Origin: a virus
Taxonomy: Duplodnaviria; Caudoviricetes
DNA length: 64,000 nucleotides
Reading direction: 5' to 3' (one strand)
IMG/VR virus record: IMGVR_UViG_3300030333_001969
Coordinates: 1,761-65,760 of that record
The notes under the pieces were generated by a model. The model was not told the origin of the DNA. It searched no databases and worked only from the letters and a program-made list of their open reading frames with translations. A program made the translations under genes and the position numbers. This document shows, in pieces, positions 40,869 to 51,471 of the stretch (within the stretch, counting starts at the first letter, position 1; every line of letters begins with the position of its first letter).

Positions 40869-43432
40869 CGGAACACCGCCTTTACATGATAAACGACATC
40901 TTCATTAACACCAAACTTCTTTGCAATGGTTTCCATGTTATCAAATTCACTAACAATACCAATAACATCTGTTGCAGTAACTTCTACATTATATCTTTTC
41001 TTTACAAAATCTATTGTATCGTTAACATTATCAAAATCGCTAGTGTCTCCAAATCCTAAGTAAGTAGGTTTGTTTAACATCTTTCTAATTTCATCATGGG
41101 CAATTAATATAGATTGTTCTGGAACAGACAACTTAATTTTATCTTCTCTTTCTGTATGAAGAGTCATAAACTTTTCAACCTGTGCCTTCTTTGATAAATC
41201 TTTTTTGAATAGTTTAGATTTAGATGCAATAAATAAGATTAAATATTTATACATTGGAGTGGGTTTACCTGCCTTTTCATATTCTTTTGAAAGTCTTTCT
41301 ACGCTTTGTCCTTCAATCTTCAATTCGTCTAACGAAACATTATCATTTTCTTTTGCAATCCTTTCTAAAATGTGTGCAAAGTATTGATATTCTAAATTCA
41401 TATTTTCAGTAAATTCTTCAAGAATAGTTAGAACTCCCTCAGTAGTGTTTATAAGATTTTGTTTAGAGGGAGAAGTAGAAGTCATTGCTGCTCTATAATC
41501 ATTGATATGAAGCAAATCATTATTGTCAATCATACCAATACCATAATCTAAGAACATAGTAAATAGGTGAGAAATTAATTGGTTAGGTGCGCCACGCGCC
41601 ATAAACTGTGCTAACTCACCTTTTCTTAAAAATTTAGGAACATCTGTAAATGGTTGCATTTCTCCCTGTGAAGGTTCTACATAATACTTTTGAATTGCCT
41701 CTAATACATTGTTCATAGATTCTTCAAATTCTCCTAAATTATCTCTAAGAGAACCTAAGTGTCCTAATCTAAATCTAGAGAAAACGTTATACAATTCTTT
41801 TTGTGCTGCATCTTCCTTTTCTTCTCTTGCAGCAATTCCTCCTGATGGCATATCTAATTTGTCCCAAATCTCAGGCATGGAAGTTTTATCCAATGGGTCT
41901 TCTAATAAATTACCTATTGCCACTAATAAATCTAAATGGAACTGTTCTAATTCATCGTATGTAGGTAAATCTTGTTCTCCTAAATATTCTGCATAAAATT
42001 GAAATCCATCACCATCATGTCTTAAAAACTCATTAACTTCTGGAGTGTATGGAAGATAATAAAATTCTCTCTTAGAATCAGCAATCATTTCTTTTCTACT
42101 GTTGTGTTCATCTAACAATTCCTGTAAGTCGTCTGCAATACCATCATCCATTTCATTTTCTTCTTTAATTTCCTGCTCTAATATTTCTAAAAACTTTTGC
42201 CACGCTTTCTTATCGAAGGGTTCTTCTATAATTCCTTTCTGTGCAGCAATTGCATAAAGGGGGTCAACTTCTGTGATTCTAGTTTTACGACCCGTTTGTT
42301 GTTTAAAGTTTTCAGCAGTTGTTTCAACTGAACTTCCACCTGTACCAAACTCGCTTGTTGCTCCTGTGGTTCCTGTTTCATCTTCTTCATTAACACCATA
42401 AAGGTCTATCATTTCTTCTTCTTCATCAAGACCAAACTCATCTTCATCTTCATCTCCGTCACGGTCATCTACAGCGTCATCAAAAAGTTGTTGTATTTTT
42501 GTCATTATCGCATTATGAACATTGTCTAAAGTGTCTTGTTCATCATCGCTTGCAACAGGATATTTAACAGTTCTACTTTTAATAACATAATTCATTCCTT
42601 TCATTTTTTCATACAACTTATGTAATTCTTCTAATTCATTATCTAAAGTGTGGAAATAGGTTTCTGATTCTTTTCTTCCAGTTATGGTTGTCTTTTCACC
42701 AACTGTTTCATCTTCTTCGTTTTTGAGTTCTTCAACTTCTTTTTCAATCCCTTCCCAATTAAGTAAAAGTTCTTTAATTGATTCTTCTAATTCTTCATAT
42801 GCGTCATAAACTTCAGACCAATACTTATAAAATTTATCTCTGGATTTAATATATTTGGGGTCAATAACTCCTATCAGTTCTGAATCGTCAAACCTTTGAA
42901 TCTTTAGTTTTCTTTTTCTTGCTGTGGTTTCAAGAGCATCTGATAAAGAAGAAAGACCTAGCGAATAGTGTGACATAAACTCTCTACCTTTGAGATTGTT
43001 TATCATGTCATCCAAGAATTTTTTAGTATCTTTGTCTTTATTTATTAAAGTAATATCTTCTACATTAAGAGCAGACTTAAGATTGCTAGGCTTTAGTTTT
43101 CTATTGCGGTATCTAAAATGAACTAATATATCTTTTAATGCATTCTTACTAAGTTTACCTGTATCAGTTCCTTTAGAAAGAAATGCAATATAGTCTTCAA
43201 TGTATTGATTAGAAAATCCTTTACCTTCTAATTCATCTTTGATTTCTGCTATGCTTGCATCTCTGTCTAGAGATTGAGAAACTTCTATAACATCGGTTCT
43301 AGGAACATGGTCTTCTTGAAATTCTACTGTTTCTGCTTCATCCATCATATCAGCATATACCATCATGTCTTTAATGTCATACTTATCCATGTATGCGTGT
43401 CTAGTTAAACCAATATAATCTTTAATTTCCAT
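40865..43432 (-). CDS. Large acidic protein with C-terminal HTH-like segment (855 aa)
   Basis: D/E-rich; ends METIAKKFGVNEDVVYHVKAVFR. Confidence 0.7.
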   Translation of the reverse strand: MEIKDYIGLTRHAYMDKYDIKDMMVYADMMDEAETVEFQEDHVPRTDVIEVSQSLDRDASIAEIKDELEGKGFSNQYIEDYIAFLSKGTDTGKLSKNALKDILVHFRYRNRKLKPSNLKSALNVEDITLINKDKDTKKFLDDMINNLKGREFMSHYSLGLSSLSDALETTARKRKLKIQRFDDSELIGVIDPKYIKSRDKFYKYWSEVYDAYEELEESIKELLLNWEGIEKEVEELKNEEDETVGEKTTITGRKESETYFHTLDNELEELHKLYEKMKGMNYVIKSRTVKYPVASDDEQDTLDNVHNAIMTKIQQLFDDAVDDRDGDEDEDEFGLDEEEEMIDLYGVNEEDETGTTGATSEFGTGGSSVETTAENFKQQTGRKTRITEVDPLYAIAAQKGIIEEPFDKKAWQKFLEILEQEIKEENEMDDGIADDLQELLDEHNSRKEMIADSKREFYYLPYTPEVNEFLRHDGDGFQFYAEYLGEQDLPTYDELEQFHLDLLVAIGNLLEDPLDKTSMPEIWDKLDMPSGGIAAREEKEDAAQKELYNVFSRFRLGHLGSLRDNLGEFEESMNNVLEAIQKYYVEPSQGEMQPFTDVPKFLRKGELAQFMARGAPNQLISHLFTMFLDYGIGMIDNNDLLHINDYRAAMTSTSPSKQNLINTTEGVLTILEEFTENMNLEYQYFAHILERIAKENDNVSLDELKIEGQSVERLSKEYEKAGKPTPMYKYLILFIASKSKLFKKDLSKKAQVEKFMTLHTEREDKIKLSVPEQSILIAHDEIRKMLNKPTYLGFGDTSDFDNVNDTIDFVKKRYNVEVTATDVIGIVSEFDNMETIAKKFGVNEDVVYHVKAVFR

Positions 43433-45521
43433 CTGTTGTTTCCTCCACTAATTCCTTCTTTTCAAGGCGACCCATAAGTTGATACATTTGGTCTTCAATA
43501 ATTTCTCCTTTCTTTTCATATTGCAACAACTGTATGTATATGTTTGTATTATCTATAATATGTTGAACCTTTTCCTTAACAGCATCTACTAATCCTTGAA
43601 CAATATCGTCTTGATTCTTTTCTGCTAGTTGCACCAATTCCTTTAACATTTTCAATTGTTTCTTTTCATCCTCTTCATCTAATATAGCGTTCTTCATACT
43701 ATTTAATGTTCTAGTTCCATAATAAAAATCTAATTTAATAATAGTATGTAACACGCTTGACGGAGTAACATCATGTAAGTTTTCATCATATTCTTCAAAC
43801 TCATCTAATAATGTTTGTAGTGTGTTAGTTTTTACCATTGATATATCTATTTCATCTTCGGAATCTCTAAACCCTTTAAGTTGGTTAACAAACACCTTTG
43901 CCTTTTCCATAGACACTCCAAGATGATTAAACTTATACATATCTTTTACAGGCTTAAACATTGGCTCATCTGTATTTCTATCTTCTAAAAGAGAAACTAT
44001 TGAAATTGCCATTCTATTATTACCTTTCCCATAAAATTCTTTTAACGCATTATTAACAGCAGCAACGTCATTTCTTGCCGTTTTTATAATCTCAGGTAGT
44101 TTTTCAAACAACTCTACTTCTTCCTTGGTAAATAAATTTGTTCCTTGTTGTTCACCTTGATAATACTTCTCTAGTGTCTGTAAAGATTCTACTACTGCTC
44201 TTGCTTCATCAGATTTAGAATTCATAACATATGTATAAAACTTGGGAAACTCTTCTCCTCTTTTTCTATAAATTTCTCTTAATTCTTGAATTTTCTCAGG
44301 TGAAACCCCGGAAGGATGTGATTTTATATATTGCTCTCTTTTACCTTTTTTGCCTCTATCATAGTCTTCTTTTCTATCTTCTCTAGTATAGAACTCAGAT
44401 TGTTTATCCTTAGCCTTCTCAAATAATGCTACTAGTTTAGAAGAAACCTTTCTTTCTGTTTTAATCTCTTCTCCTCTTTCTATTACATTTCTCAAGTTCA
44501 GAGTACCAGATGTTAGTATAGTTTCTAAGGTAGCAGAAACTCCAAGTTTTCCTTTGATTAATAATAATGATTTTCTTGCATTTTCAATAGCCTTTTTACT
44601 TTTTGTTTTAGGCGTAGGCATAAACTCTACTTTCTTTCTCCAACCCTTGCCTCCTAATAGTTTTAAATAATTTAGTGCATCTTCTTCACTTTCTACTTTG
44701 TTGGTATAATTCTTTTCTTCTAGACTCTCACTTTCTCTTTGAACTCTATCAGATACGTCTGCTTTTCCTAGTAGTTTTAATAGAACAGATTTACTAGAAC
44801 CTCCTGTTCTTGTAAATTTAATTTGATTTCCTTGTTCTCTTTGTTCAAATTTATTGATAATATCTTTCACTTGTTCTAAATGAGCAGGTGTAATTATTCG
44901 TGGGCCATCCTCTACCTTTGCTTTTCCTAAAGTGATTACAATTTCAGCACCTGTTTTTTCAACAGTAACATTATATTTTTTAAGAGCCTCTTGTATTTCT
45001 TTCATTGCACCTACTTGTTTAGTTCTATATTCTTTATCTGTTGTGTAATATAATAAGTCGTCATCATTATCATCTATTAATTCTAATAACTCTGCTTTAT
45101 TATTTAACAACACATCCATCTTACGTTGTCTATTTTTACCAGCCCAAGTTCTAAATCCTTTACCTACAAACTTCTGTAGGGGTGTCTTGTCACCTTCTTT
45201 AAGGGACGCTAATATCTCATCAAACTTAAATTCTGATGTAGCCTTTTCTTGACGCTTTTTACTTTCTGCGGTAAGTATCTTATTTAATCCTTCCACTACT
45301 TTCAATGCTTCTGCTGCAATAGTGTCTTCTAAGTTCTTAAATTCTTTGGGAATTTGTTTCTTTTGAGAAAGAGCAGTAGCCTTGTTTTTAACACTAACAA
45401 TGTTTGTCTTATCTTCTTTCTCGGCTTCTCCTAAGATATAATCTGCACCTTTATCTGTCGTTAACAGTCCCGCAACATTTGCGGGTTTAGGCAAAGCCTT
45501 TAACAAATTTTCCCAAGTCAC
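43422..45521 (-). CDS. Large K/E-rich protein with N-terminal tag (699 aa)
   Basis: GTG start, MTWENLLKA. Confidence 0.7.
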   Translation of the reverse strand: MTWENLLKALPKPANVAGLLTTDKGADYILGEAEKEDKTNIVSVKNKATALSQKKQIPKEFKNLEDTIAAEALKVVEGLNKILTAESKKRQEKATSEFKFDEILASLKEGDKTPLQKFVGKGFRTWAGKNRQRKMDVLLNNKAELLELIDDNDDDLLYYTTDKEYRTKQVGAMKEIQEALKKYNVTVEKTGAEIVITLGKAKVEDGPRIITPAHLEQVKDIINKFEQREQGNQIKFTRTGGSSKSVLLKLLGKADVSDRVQRESESLEEKNYTNKVESEEDALNYLKLLGGKGWRKKVEFMPTPKTKSKKAIENARKSLLLIKGKLGVSATLETILTSGTLNLRNVIERGEEIKTERKVSSKLVALFEKAKDKQSEFYTREDRKEDYDRGKKGKREQYIKSHPSGVSPEKIQELREIYRKRGEEFPKFYTYVMNSKSDEARAVVESLQTLEKYYQGEQQGTNLFTKEEVELFEKLPEIIKTARNDVAAVNNALKEFYGKGNNRMAISIVSLLEDRNTDEPMFKPVKDMYKFNHLGVSMEKAKVFVNQLKGFRDSEDEIDISMVKTNTLQTLLDEFEEYDENLHDVTPSSVLHTIIKLDFYYGTRTLNSMKNAILDEEDEKKQLKMLKELVQLAEKNQDDIVQGLVDAVKEKVQHIIDNTNIYIQLLQYEKKGEIIEDQMYQLMGRLEKKELVEETTDGN

Positions 45522-45525
45522 TTAA

Positions 45526-46386
45526 TCACGCCGTAAACCAGTCATCTTCTTTTATTCCTTCTGGTATAAACAAGAAGGATTTATTGGGATTCTGTTTGAC
45601 TTCTTCTTTAAAGCCAGTTATAAAATCCGCCTTATCCATGTCTGGTGCAACGCTTCGGCCCCTATTTGTTACTTCAGGGAAGTTCCTTAAATTTGCAGGT
45701 TTCTCTATATCTTCATTTAGCCTAAACAATCCTTTTTCTACCAGACTCATAATTATTGGATTTTCACCATGCTTAAGATTGACTAGTTCTCCTAGCCCAA
45801 ATTCTTTCATCATGGCTCTTTGCTTCTTAAGCGCGGTTTTACTAAAATCATCATACCATGTTCTAATGTATAAAACTGCTGCTTCTGCATTAGTTAAAGG
45901 AACATCTTCCGGCATAAATACTAACTCAGTATCGTGTGGTAAATCTATACTAACGCTCCAATTTGGTCTTTTAACTGCGTCTTCTCTAATAGTAAGACCT
46001 ATCTCATTTGGTTCTAATTTCCAAACGTGCCTACCCCTTGAAGCATCACGCTCTAATGGTAATTTACTTGCTCTATCCATTACTCCCCACATTGGCTCAT
46101 TAAACTCCACATTCCAATCTCGTAGTTCCCAAGTGTCAATGTTTACTTTACCATACACACCTCTTTGGGTGTCACTCATTAACCTTGGCCTAAATTCATT
46201 AGTGTTTCTTTTAGTCCATTGAGTCATCGTTCTTTGTTGGTTAAATGTAGACATCCACGTTCCTGTGGTATTAAACACTAACTCTTTTAATTTTGGAAAC
46301 TTATCTAAATAAAAGTATCCTTTTTTCTCGCCCCTCATATTGGTGGGCATTTTTAATATCTTTTCCCAAATATCTTTCTTATTCAT
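45526..46386 (-). CDS. Hypothetical protein with N-terminal tag
   Basis: IWEKILKM near the start; GGTGA RBS. Confidence 0.65.
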   Translation of the reverse strand: MNKKDIWEKILKMPTNMRGEKKGYFYLDKFPKLKELVFNTTGTWMSTFNQQRTMTQWTKRNTNEFRPRLMSDTQRGVYGKVNIDTWELRDWNVEFNEPMWGVMDRASKLPLERDASRGRHVWKLEPNEIGLTIREDAVKRPNWSVSIDLPHDTELVFMPEDVPLTNAEAAVLYIRTWYDDFSKTALKKQRAMMKEFGLGELVNLKHGENPIIMSLVEKGLFRLNEDIEKPANLRNFPEVTNRGRSVAPDMDKADFITGFKEEVKQNPNKSFLFIPEGIKEDDWFTA

Positions 46387-46394
46387 TTTTTCAC

Positions 46395-46802
46395 CTAATC
46401 CTGCACTTCATCTCTAGTTGCTTTTGTTTGTCCTGTTTTACAATCCCAAGGCCCAAATCCATGAACGTCTTTTGCTCTTTGCCCATTTGTTGGAGACTTA
46501 AAAGATTCTAATATTTCCTTATGTATATCACAAGCCTGATGCCCACATTTTCTACATTTCCATGTTGCTCTCATATTACATAATGGGTTTCTACAAACAC
46601 ACTCATCTTTTGTTTGTGCTGCAACTTCTGTTTTATCCTCCACATCAGGAATGTTCCTATCTTTTGTTTTAATCTTGGACTTACTTTTAGTCCTAGACCT
46701 CTCAACGTGTGGAGGGGGTTGACGGGTTAAAGGTTGTGGGCCTACAGGCCGAGGCACTTGAATTACTTTAAGCACATCAGTCCATTGTCGTTCATCTGTC
46801 AT
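46395..46802 (-). CDS. B-box-like Zn-finger protein with N-terminal tag
   Basis: QWTDVLK; CRNPLC...ATWKCRKC...CDIH. Confidence 0.6.
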   Translation of the reverse strand: MTDERQWTDVLKVIQVPRPVGPQPLTRQPPPHVERSRTKSKSKIKTKDRNIPDVEDKTEVAAQTKDECVCRNPLCNMRATWKCRKCGHQACDIHKEILESFKSPTNGQRAKDVHGFGPWDCKTGQTKATRDEVQD

Positions 46803-46971
46803 AAGAAAACCTCTCATTCAATTTTTGCTTTCTCTTTTCACAGCCACATTTTGTTCCTGTTATTTCGTTGATTGCGTAAACTGCCTTTTTAATACCTGTA
46901 GCAGTTGTGATTCTTTCTATGGTGTCACCTACACCTTTGTCTTCTTTAAGTAATGCTTTCTTCCAACTCAT
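46792..46971 (-). CDS. 59-aa protein with CGC motif and N-terminal tag (not in ORF track)
   Basis: MSWKKALLKEDKGVGDTIERITTATGIKKAV...KCGCEKRKQKLNERFSYDR. Confidence 0.65.
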   Translation of the reverse strand: MSWKKALLKEDKGVGDTIERITTATGIKKAVYAINEITGTKCGCEKRKQKLNERFSYDR

Positions 46972-46972
46972 G

Positions 46973-47314
46973 TTATTCTTGCCCCCAAGGATGGCCTAAT
47001 GACATTTGGTTTGGGTCTTTTGGTGGTTCTGTAGTTTCAATAACAGGTGCGTCTTGTAATTTAGTTTGAACCATCTTACCTTGTTTATTGTTAATATACT
47101 CTTCTAGTTCTTTTCTTAGGGACGCTATTATTTCTGTTGCTTTACCTATATATCTATCTTCTATTCTTTTTCTTGCTTGTTTATCAGCAGAATCTCGTTG
47201 TAAACTATAAGCATAACGATTTACTCTATTAAGTTCATCTTTTAAATAACGCCATTTAAGGTTATCAGAATCAGGAACAAGTTCCGCGTTTTTAAGTATA
47301 TCTTCCCAACTCAT
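46973..47314 (-). CDS. Hypothetical protein (probable start MSWEDILK)
   Basis: ATG at 47314 overlaps the upstream TGA. Confidence 0.65.
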   Translation of the reverse strand: MSWEDILKNAELVPDSDNLKWRYLKDELNRVNRYAYSLQRDSADKQARKRIEDRYIGKATEIIASLRKELEEYINNKQGKMVQTKLQDAPVIETTEPPKDPNQMSLGHPWGQE

Positions 47315-48276
47315 GTGTTTTGTGCCTCCAACCAAGTTTTTAATCCATTAAGAGCATCTGTTAAATCTTTTTCTCTTATTTCTCTTTGTCTATCTATTTC
47401 TTTAAGTTCTTCTGCTGTTGGCCCTGCTGCTCTTGCTTCTGCGGCTTCTTGCCTAGTGTCTTTTTGTTTTTCTTGTTCTTCTTGGTCTTCAAGACTTTGT
47501 AATAATCTTACAGATTGGGGTGAAAACTTTTGGTTTGGGTCTTTACTATCTCTTCTAGCCTTCATTTGGTCTATTAGTTTCTTTCTATCTGTTCGCACTT
47601 GGTCTTCATCTCTTCTACTTCTATTTGCGGTTTTAAAGTCTCCAATGTTTCCCATATCTTTAGGTGGTTTATATGTTGGTTTCTTTTTGTCTGTACCTGC
47701 AATGTTTCTTACTACTTGACCCCATCTGGGTTTTCCTGATAATAGACTTAATCTTCTAAGGGATGAAGTGTTAGGGCCAAATGCTTCCTCTAATTCTTCT
47801 CCGGGTATTCCAGTATCTCCGGTATCTTTGTCTCTGGAATAAAATGCTCCTCTTCTTTCTAAGCCTTCTTTAACTGCTGTTCTTTGTCTTGCTGTTTCTT
47901 CTGCTTCTTTTTGCTTATCCCTTTCTCTTTTTGCTTTTGCTTGGTCTTGTTGAGTTTTAACTCTTTTTGCCCTTTCATCCTGTTCTTTCTGTCTTTTTAT
48001 TTCTGCGGCTTCTGCGGCTCGATTTTTTGCTTCTTCCTTATCTGCACTCTCTAATTCTTTAGTACGTTGTTGTTTAGCCCTTCTTTTCTCTTCTGCTTCT
48101 GCTTGTTTTGCCCACCTTTCTTTTTGTTTTGCTTGTTCTTTTTTCTGTTCTGCTATTTTCTTATTCTCTATTTGCGTTTTAGGAGATGCAACATAATGAC
48201 CCGGCCCAGAAGAAAATTCTACACCTCTATCGTCTTTCCACTTAACCATATTAAACCAAGCAGCAGTTGCATTCAT
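47311..48276 (-). CDS. Charged coiled-coil protein
   Basis: K/E/R/Q-rich; AAWFNMVK tag; GGTGA RBS. Confidence 0.65.
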   Translation of the reverse strand: MNATAAWFNMVKWKDDRGVEFSSGPGHYVASPKTQIENKKIAEQKKEQAKQKERWAKQAEAEEKRRAKQQRTKELESADKEEAKNRAAEAAEIKRQKEQDERAKRVKTQQDQAKAKRERDKQKEAEETARQRTAVKEGLERRGAFYSRDKDTGDTGIPGEELEEAFGPNTSSLRRLSLLSGKPRWGQVVRNIAGTDKKKPTYKPPKDMGNIGDFKTANRSRRDEDQVRTDRKKLIDQMKARRDSKDPNQKFSPQSVRLLQSLEDQEEQEKQKDTRQEAAEARAAGPTAEELKEIDRQREIREKDLTDALNGLKTWLEAQNT

Positions 48277-48284
48277 TAAATCAC

Positions 48285-48623
48285 CTAATAATATGTTTCT
48301 GCGAGTCTTCTTTTAGAGGGTTCTGAACAAGTGGGGGCAGTTCTACTTCCTTTTTCTTCTACACAAATAGACCAAGATTGTTGGTTCCATTGTTGATACT
48401 CTTTAATGTTTTCACCACGCCTTCCTATGATTAATCCTGCTACACCGGGCTTTGTTATTATTCTTATCTTTTTCATCATTCTATCTACACTTATGCTAAT
48501 TAGGTATTTTGCCAATTTCTTTCTAGCAAAGAAATTCCAAAGATTACTCCTAATCCTTTTATCTCCCGAAGGTCTATCTGACCTTGGGTTTCTTGTTTTT
48601 AATATTTCAAACCATTCTTCCAT
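48285..48623 (-). CDS. KH-domain (ribosomal protein S3-like) RNA-binding protein
   Basis: IRIITKPGVAGLIIGRRGENIKE GxxG loop; MEEWFEILK tag. Confidence 0.65.
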   Translation of the reverse strand: MEEWFEILKTRNPRSDRPSGDKRIRSNLWNFFARKKLAKYLISISVDRMMKKIRIITKPGVAGLIIGRRGENIKEYQQWNQQSWSICVEEKGSRTAPTCSEPSKRRLAETYY

Positions 48624-48626
48624 TTA

Positions 48627-48890
48627 TCACACCTCATCTCTTCTTAAATTATTTTGCCATGAAGAATCAAAAAATTCAGGAGAACGCATTTTAGGCATAT
48701 CTTTTTCTTGCACTAGTTTAAGCCTATACAATACTACAAACCTATTACAGTTATCACAAACCCTACCGTCAACTAAAGGCTTTCCGTTGTTACCAAAACC
48801 ACTATACGGTTTAGCACACAAAGCACATATTTTCTCATCCTTTAGGTCTTCTGGTTGTCTAACAGTTTTAACCACTTTATGCCAATTCAT
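48627..48890 (-). CDS. Zn-finger protein
   Basis: CALC...GFGNN..P...GRVCDNCN. Confidence 0.65.
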   Translation of the reverse strand: MNWHKVVKTVRQPEDLKDEKICALCAKPYSGFGNNGKPLVDGRVCDNCNRFVVLYRLKLVQEKDMPKMRSPEFFDSSWQNNLRRDEV

Positions 48891-48891
48891 A

Positions 48892-49206
48892 TTACTCTTC
48901 CTCCTTAATGTCTCTTAATATAGTAGATGTATTTAATAGAAATTTACTATCCTTTGGCCCGATTAATGTGCTAGACATAATAAAAGCAAGACTTCTAAGA
49001 ACAGTATCTATATGATATTTCATTTTATCTGTTAATTTAGAATCAGTAGGTAATTTCTCTCTAGGAACCCTTGCCCATTCTTTACCGTCTTTCCTTTTAT
49101 TCTTCTCTCTTTGTTCCTTTTCATATTCTGGTGTTCCCCACCTATGCTCATCAGGATGATAAAAGTATGGTGTTTCATCTTCTTTAAGTATATCTTGCCA
49201 ACTCAT
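48892..49206 (-). CDS. Hypothetical protein (probable start MSWQDILK)
   Basis: ATGA overlap at 49203-49206. Confidence 0.6.
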   Translation of the reverse strand: MSWQDILKEDETPYFYHPDEHRWGTPEYEKEQREKNKRKDGKEWARVPREKLPTDSKLTDKMKYHIDTVLRSLAFIMSSTLIGPKDSKFLLNTSTILRDIKEEE

Positions 49207-49859
49207 TGCATTCTTTCCTCCATCTTTTGTTTTACATCTAACCAAACTTGTGGATGATTCTGTGCTAATACTTCTTGAACAATCTGCATTTGTGCTACTA
49301 TGATTGTATCCTGCCTCTTGTGAACTAACTTGCCCTTAAACTCCATTAAGTATCTTAGGCTTTCCCTAATTTCTTTTGCCAACTTGGTTAAACTATCAAT
49401 ATATTTTGGATGCAATTCGTCCTCTTCAAAGAGAACATCAATCTTTTGCTCCAAACGGGTTATGTTCTTCGATAGACTGTCTATCTCGTCTACCTCTTTC
49501 ACGGCTATAATACTTGCCGCAGCCTTCTGAACTAATGGCTGAAGATGTTTCCTCATGTGTCTCTTTACTTGTTCTTCTGAACATTTCAAAAGCATAGATA
49601 CCCCTTTAGGAGTAACAGCCCCACTATGCAGTTGTTGTTCTAACTCACCCCTTAACTCATGTATACAGAAAGCACATCTAGGATTAGAAGCATCTACATA
49701 ATCCCCCATATGATTTCTTTGATGCCTTGCAGATGTTCCGCTAGGCCAATCCATTCTATTATCTAAATCATCGGCAGTAATTGCCATTGTCTCTAATTGT
49801 GCTTCTAAGTCATCACGGTCTTCGTGATTACACAATTTACATCTTCTTCTCTTTACCAT
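49203..49859 (-). CDS. Duplicated Zn/HTH protein with coiled coil; candidate terminase small subunit or regulator
   Basis: Two CxxC.H...RH...H modules (CKLCNH..RHQRNHM; CAFCIH..RHMRKHL) followed by helices. Confidence 0.5.
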   Translation of the reverse strand: MVKRRRCKLCNHEDRDDLEAQLETMAITADDLDNRMDWPSGTSARHQRNHMGDYVDASNPRCAFCIHELRGELEQQLHSGAVTPKGVSMLLKCSEEQVKRHMRKHLQPLVQKAAASIIAVKEVDEIDSLSKNITRLEQKIDVLFEEDELHPKYIDSLTKLAKEIRESLRYLMEFKGKLVHKRQDTIIVAQMQIVQEVLAQNHPQVWLDVKQKMEERMQ

Positions 49860-51031
49860 GCTAATACACTTTCCCAACTTTTCTTTACGTTCTTCTTTGG
49901 TGTAGCCTTTTTCTTAGGGGCTTCTTTTATTTCTACAAGACCCGGCATAAATACAGTTTCTTTTCCGGGAGTTCTCTTACATTTCCCAGATAGAATTGCA
50001 AGATTTTTCATCTGTCTTCTAGTAATGTTAACGGATATACCTTTTACTTCACCAATAAATTTATCATAGTCTGCTATTCTCTTAACAGTTTTGCTATCCT
50101 TTAAACCAATATCAATAAATGTAAAATTTTTGAGTCTACCTTGTGCATGAGAATCTCTAAACATACCCGTTGTTCTATTCATTCCCCAACCCGGATTATT
50201 TTTATCTCCAATCATTTCTGCTACATATTCTCTAACTGCATCTATTTGCATTAATTCTGCCGCAGTAGTTCCTTTACCTGTATCTACAATCTTAAGTTTA
50301 AGATGCTCAAAATTAACATCTTCTTCTAGGGCTTTAACTACTTCACTTAATACATGAAGTAATCCATTCTGAATCAATGCCTTCTTACGAATAATCATCT
50401 TTTTAACTTCATACAAATCTCCACTACCTGCAAAAAATGCTTGCCACATAGGAGGTTCTGCTTGGTTCTTAGCAGTATTATACCAATCACTAGAAACTGC
50501 CTTTAGAGATTCTTCTTTGCCACCAAATAGTTTAGCCTTTAGGTTTCTATATTTAACATATTCTGGAGTTCTGTAATGTCCATAAACTTCCACAACGTCT
50601 TCTTCTTCATCATAATCTGCGTTGCTTCTATTAACCTTATTCCAATCTGGAATTGTGAATATAATATTTCTTGGGTCGTCATCAGTATCTCTCATGTCTT
50701 TTAGTTTAACATATACTTTAATAACTTCCTTCTTATCTTGTTCTGTAATGGCCTCGTTCATTTCTAACATATCATCTAATAATTTAACTATGTTATGACC
50801 ACCATCTGGAATTTCATTTTCTCTATTTCTAGCCACCGCTAAATCCCCATGATTCGCAACTAAATCTAAAAGGCTTTTATCAGAAGTTATTCCTAAAGAA
50901 TCTCCACTAATAGAATCACAATCCTTTTTCCAACCATCATAGGCTTCTGCAAACTTAGAAGAATCAAAGGTTTGAGTTCCTTCAGAACCATCAATATTAA
51001 CTACTGTTGATGCCTTCTTCTTCTTAGCCAT
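49853..51031 (-). CDS. Hypothetical protein (392 aa)
   Basis: GGAGG RBS; ends KKSWESVLAW. Confidence 0.7.
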   Translation of the reverse strand: MAKKKKASTVVNIDGSEGTQTFDSSKFAEAYDGWKKDCDSISGDSLGITSDKSLLDLVANHGDLAVARNRENEIPDGGHNIVKLLDDMLEMNEAITEQDKKEVIKVYVKLKDMRDTDDDPRNIIFTIPDWNKVNRSNADYDEEEDVVEVYGHYRTPEYVKYRNLKAKLFGGKEESLKAVSSDWYNTAKNQAEPPMWQAFFAGSGDLYEVKKMIIRKKALIQNGLLHVLSEVVKALEEDVNFEHLKLKIVDTGKGTTAAELMQIDAVREYVAEMIGDKNNPGWGMNRTTGMFRDSHAQGRLKNFTFIDIGLKDSKTVKRIADYDKFIGEVKGISVNITRRQMKNLAILSGKCKRTPGKETVFMPGLVEIKEAPKKKATPKKNVKKSWESVLAW

Positions 51032-51033
51032 GT

Positions 51034-51252
51034 TTATTCCTCCTTACGATTATCTTCATGTGTTGACATTAATCCTGCTGTCCCTGCCACAGCACCACCC
51101 ATCGCCAACGGTATTACCTTTTCTACATCGCAATTGCATTCATCTTCACACTTGCATTTCTTTCCCCCATAAGATATATTGAATAATGCATCGGTTCCCC
51201 CACCTGATGACATTACTGCCCCTGCTTCTTTTATTATATTCCACCACTTCAT
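51034..51252 (-). CDS. Small Cys-containing protein with N-terminal tag
   Basis: MKWWNIIKE; CKC...CNC. Confidence 0.55.
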   Translation of the reverse strand: MKWWNIIKEAGAVMSSGGGTDALFNISYGGKKCKCEDECNCDVEKVIPLAMGGAVAGTAGLMSTHEDNRKEE

Positions 51253-51470
51253 AATCTATTCACTTCCTTTATTAAATCCTCATAGTATTCGCTATCTGGA
51301 TTGTGTAGTATCCAAACTTCTTTTTCCTTTTCTTTAATTAGAATTCCTAGCGGGTCGGTTCTTTGAAACCCTAATGTATTTTCAAAGTCTGCATGAATAG
51401 CGTAGTCTTTAGTAAGAGTGTGTGAGCGAATTTTATACTCGCTTTCGCTTTTGAATAAATTAAACCACAT
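51249..51470 (-). CDS. Hypothetical protein (probable start MWFNLFKS)
   Basis: ATG just after the upstream stop, preceded by GGAG. Confidence 0.55.
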   Translation of the reverse strand: MWFNLFKSESEYKIRSHTLTKDYAIHADFENTLGFQRTDPLGILIKEKEKEVWILHNPDSEYYEDLIKEVNRL

Positions 51471-51471
51471 A

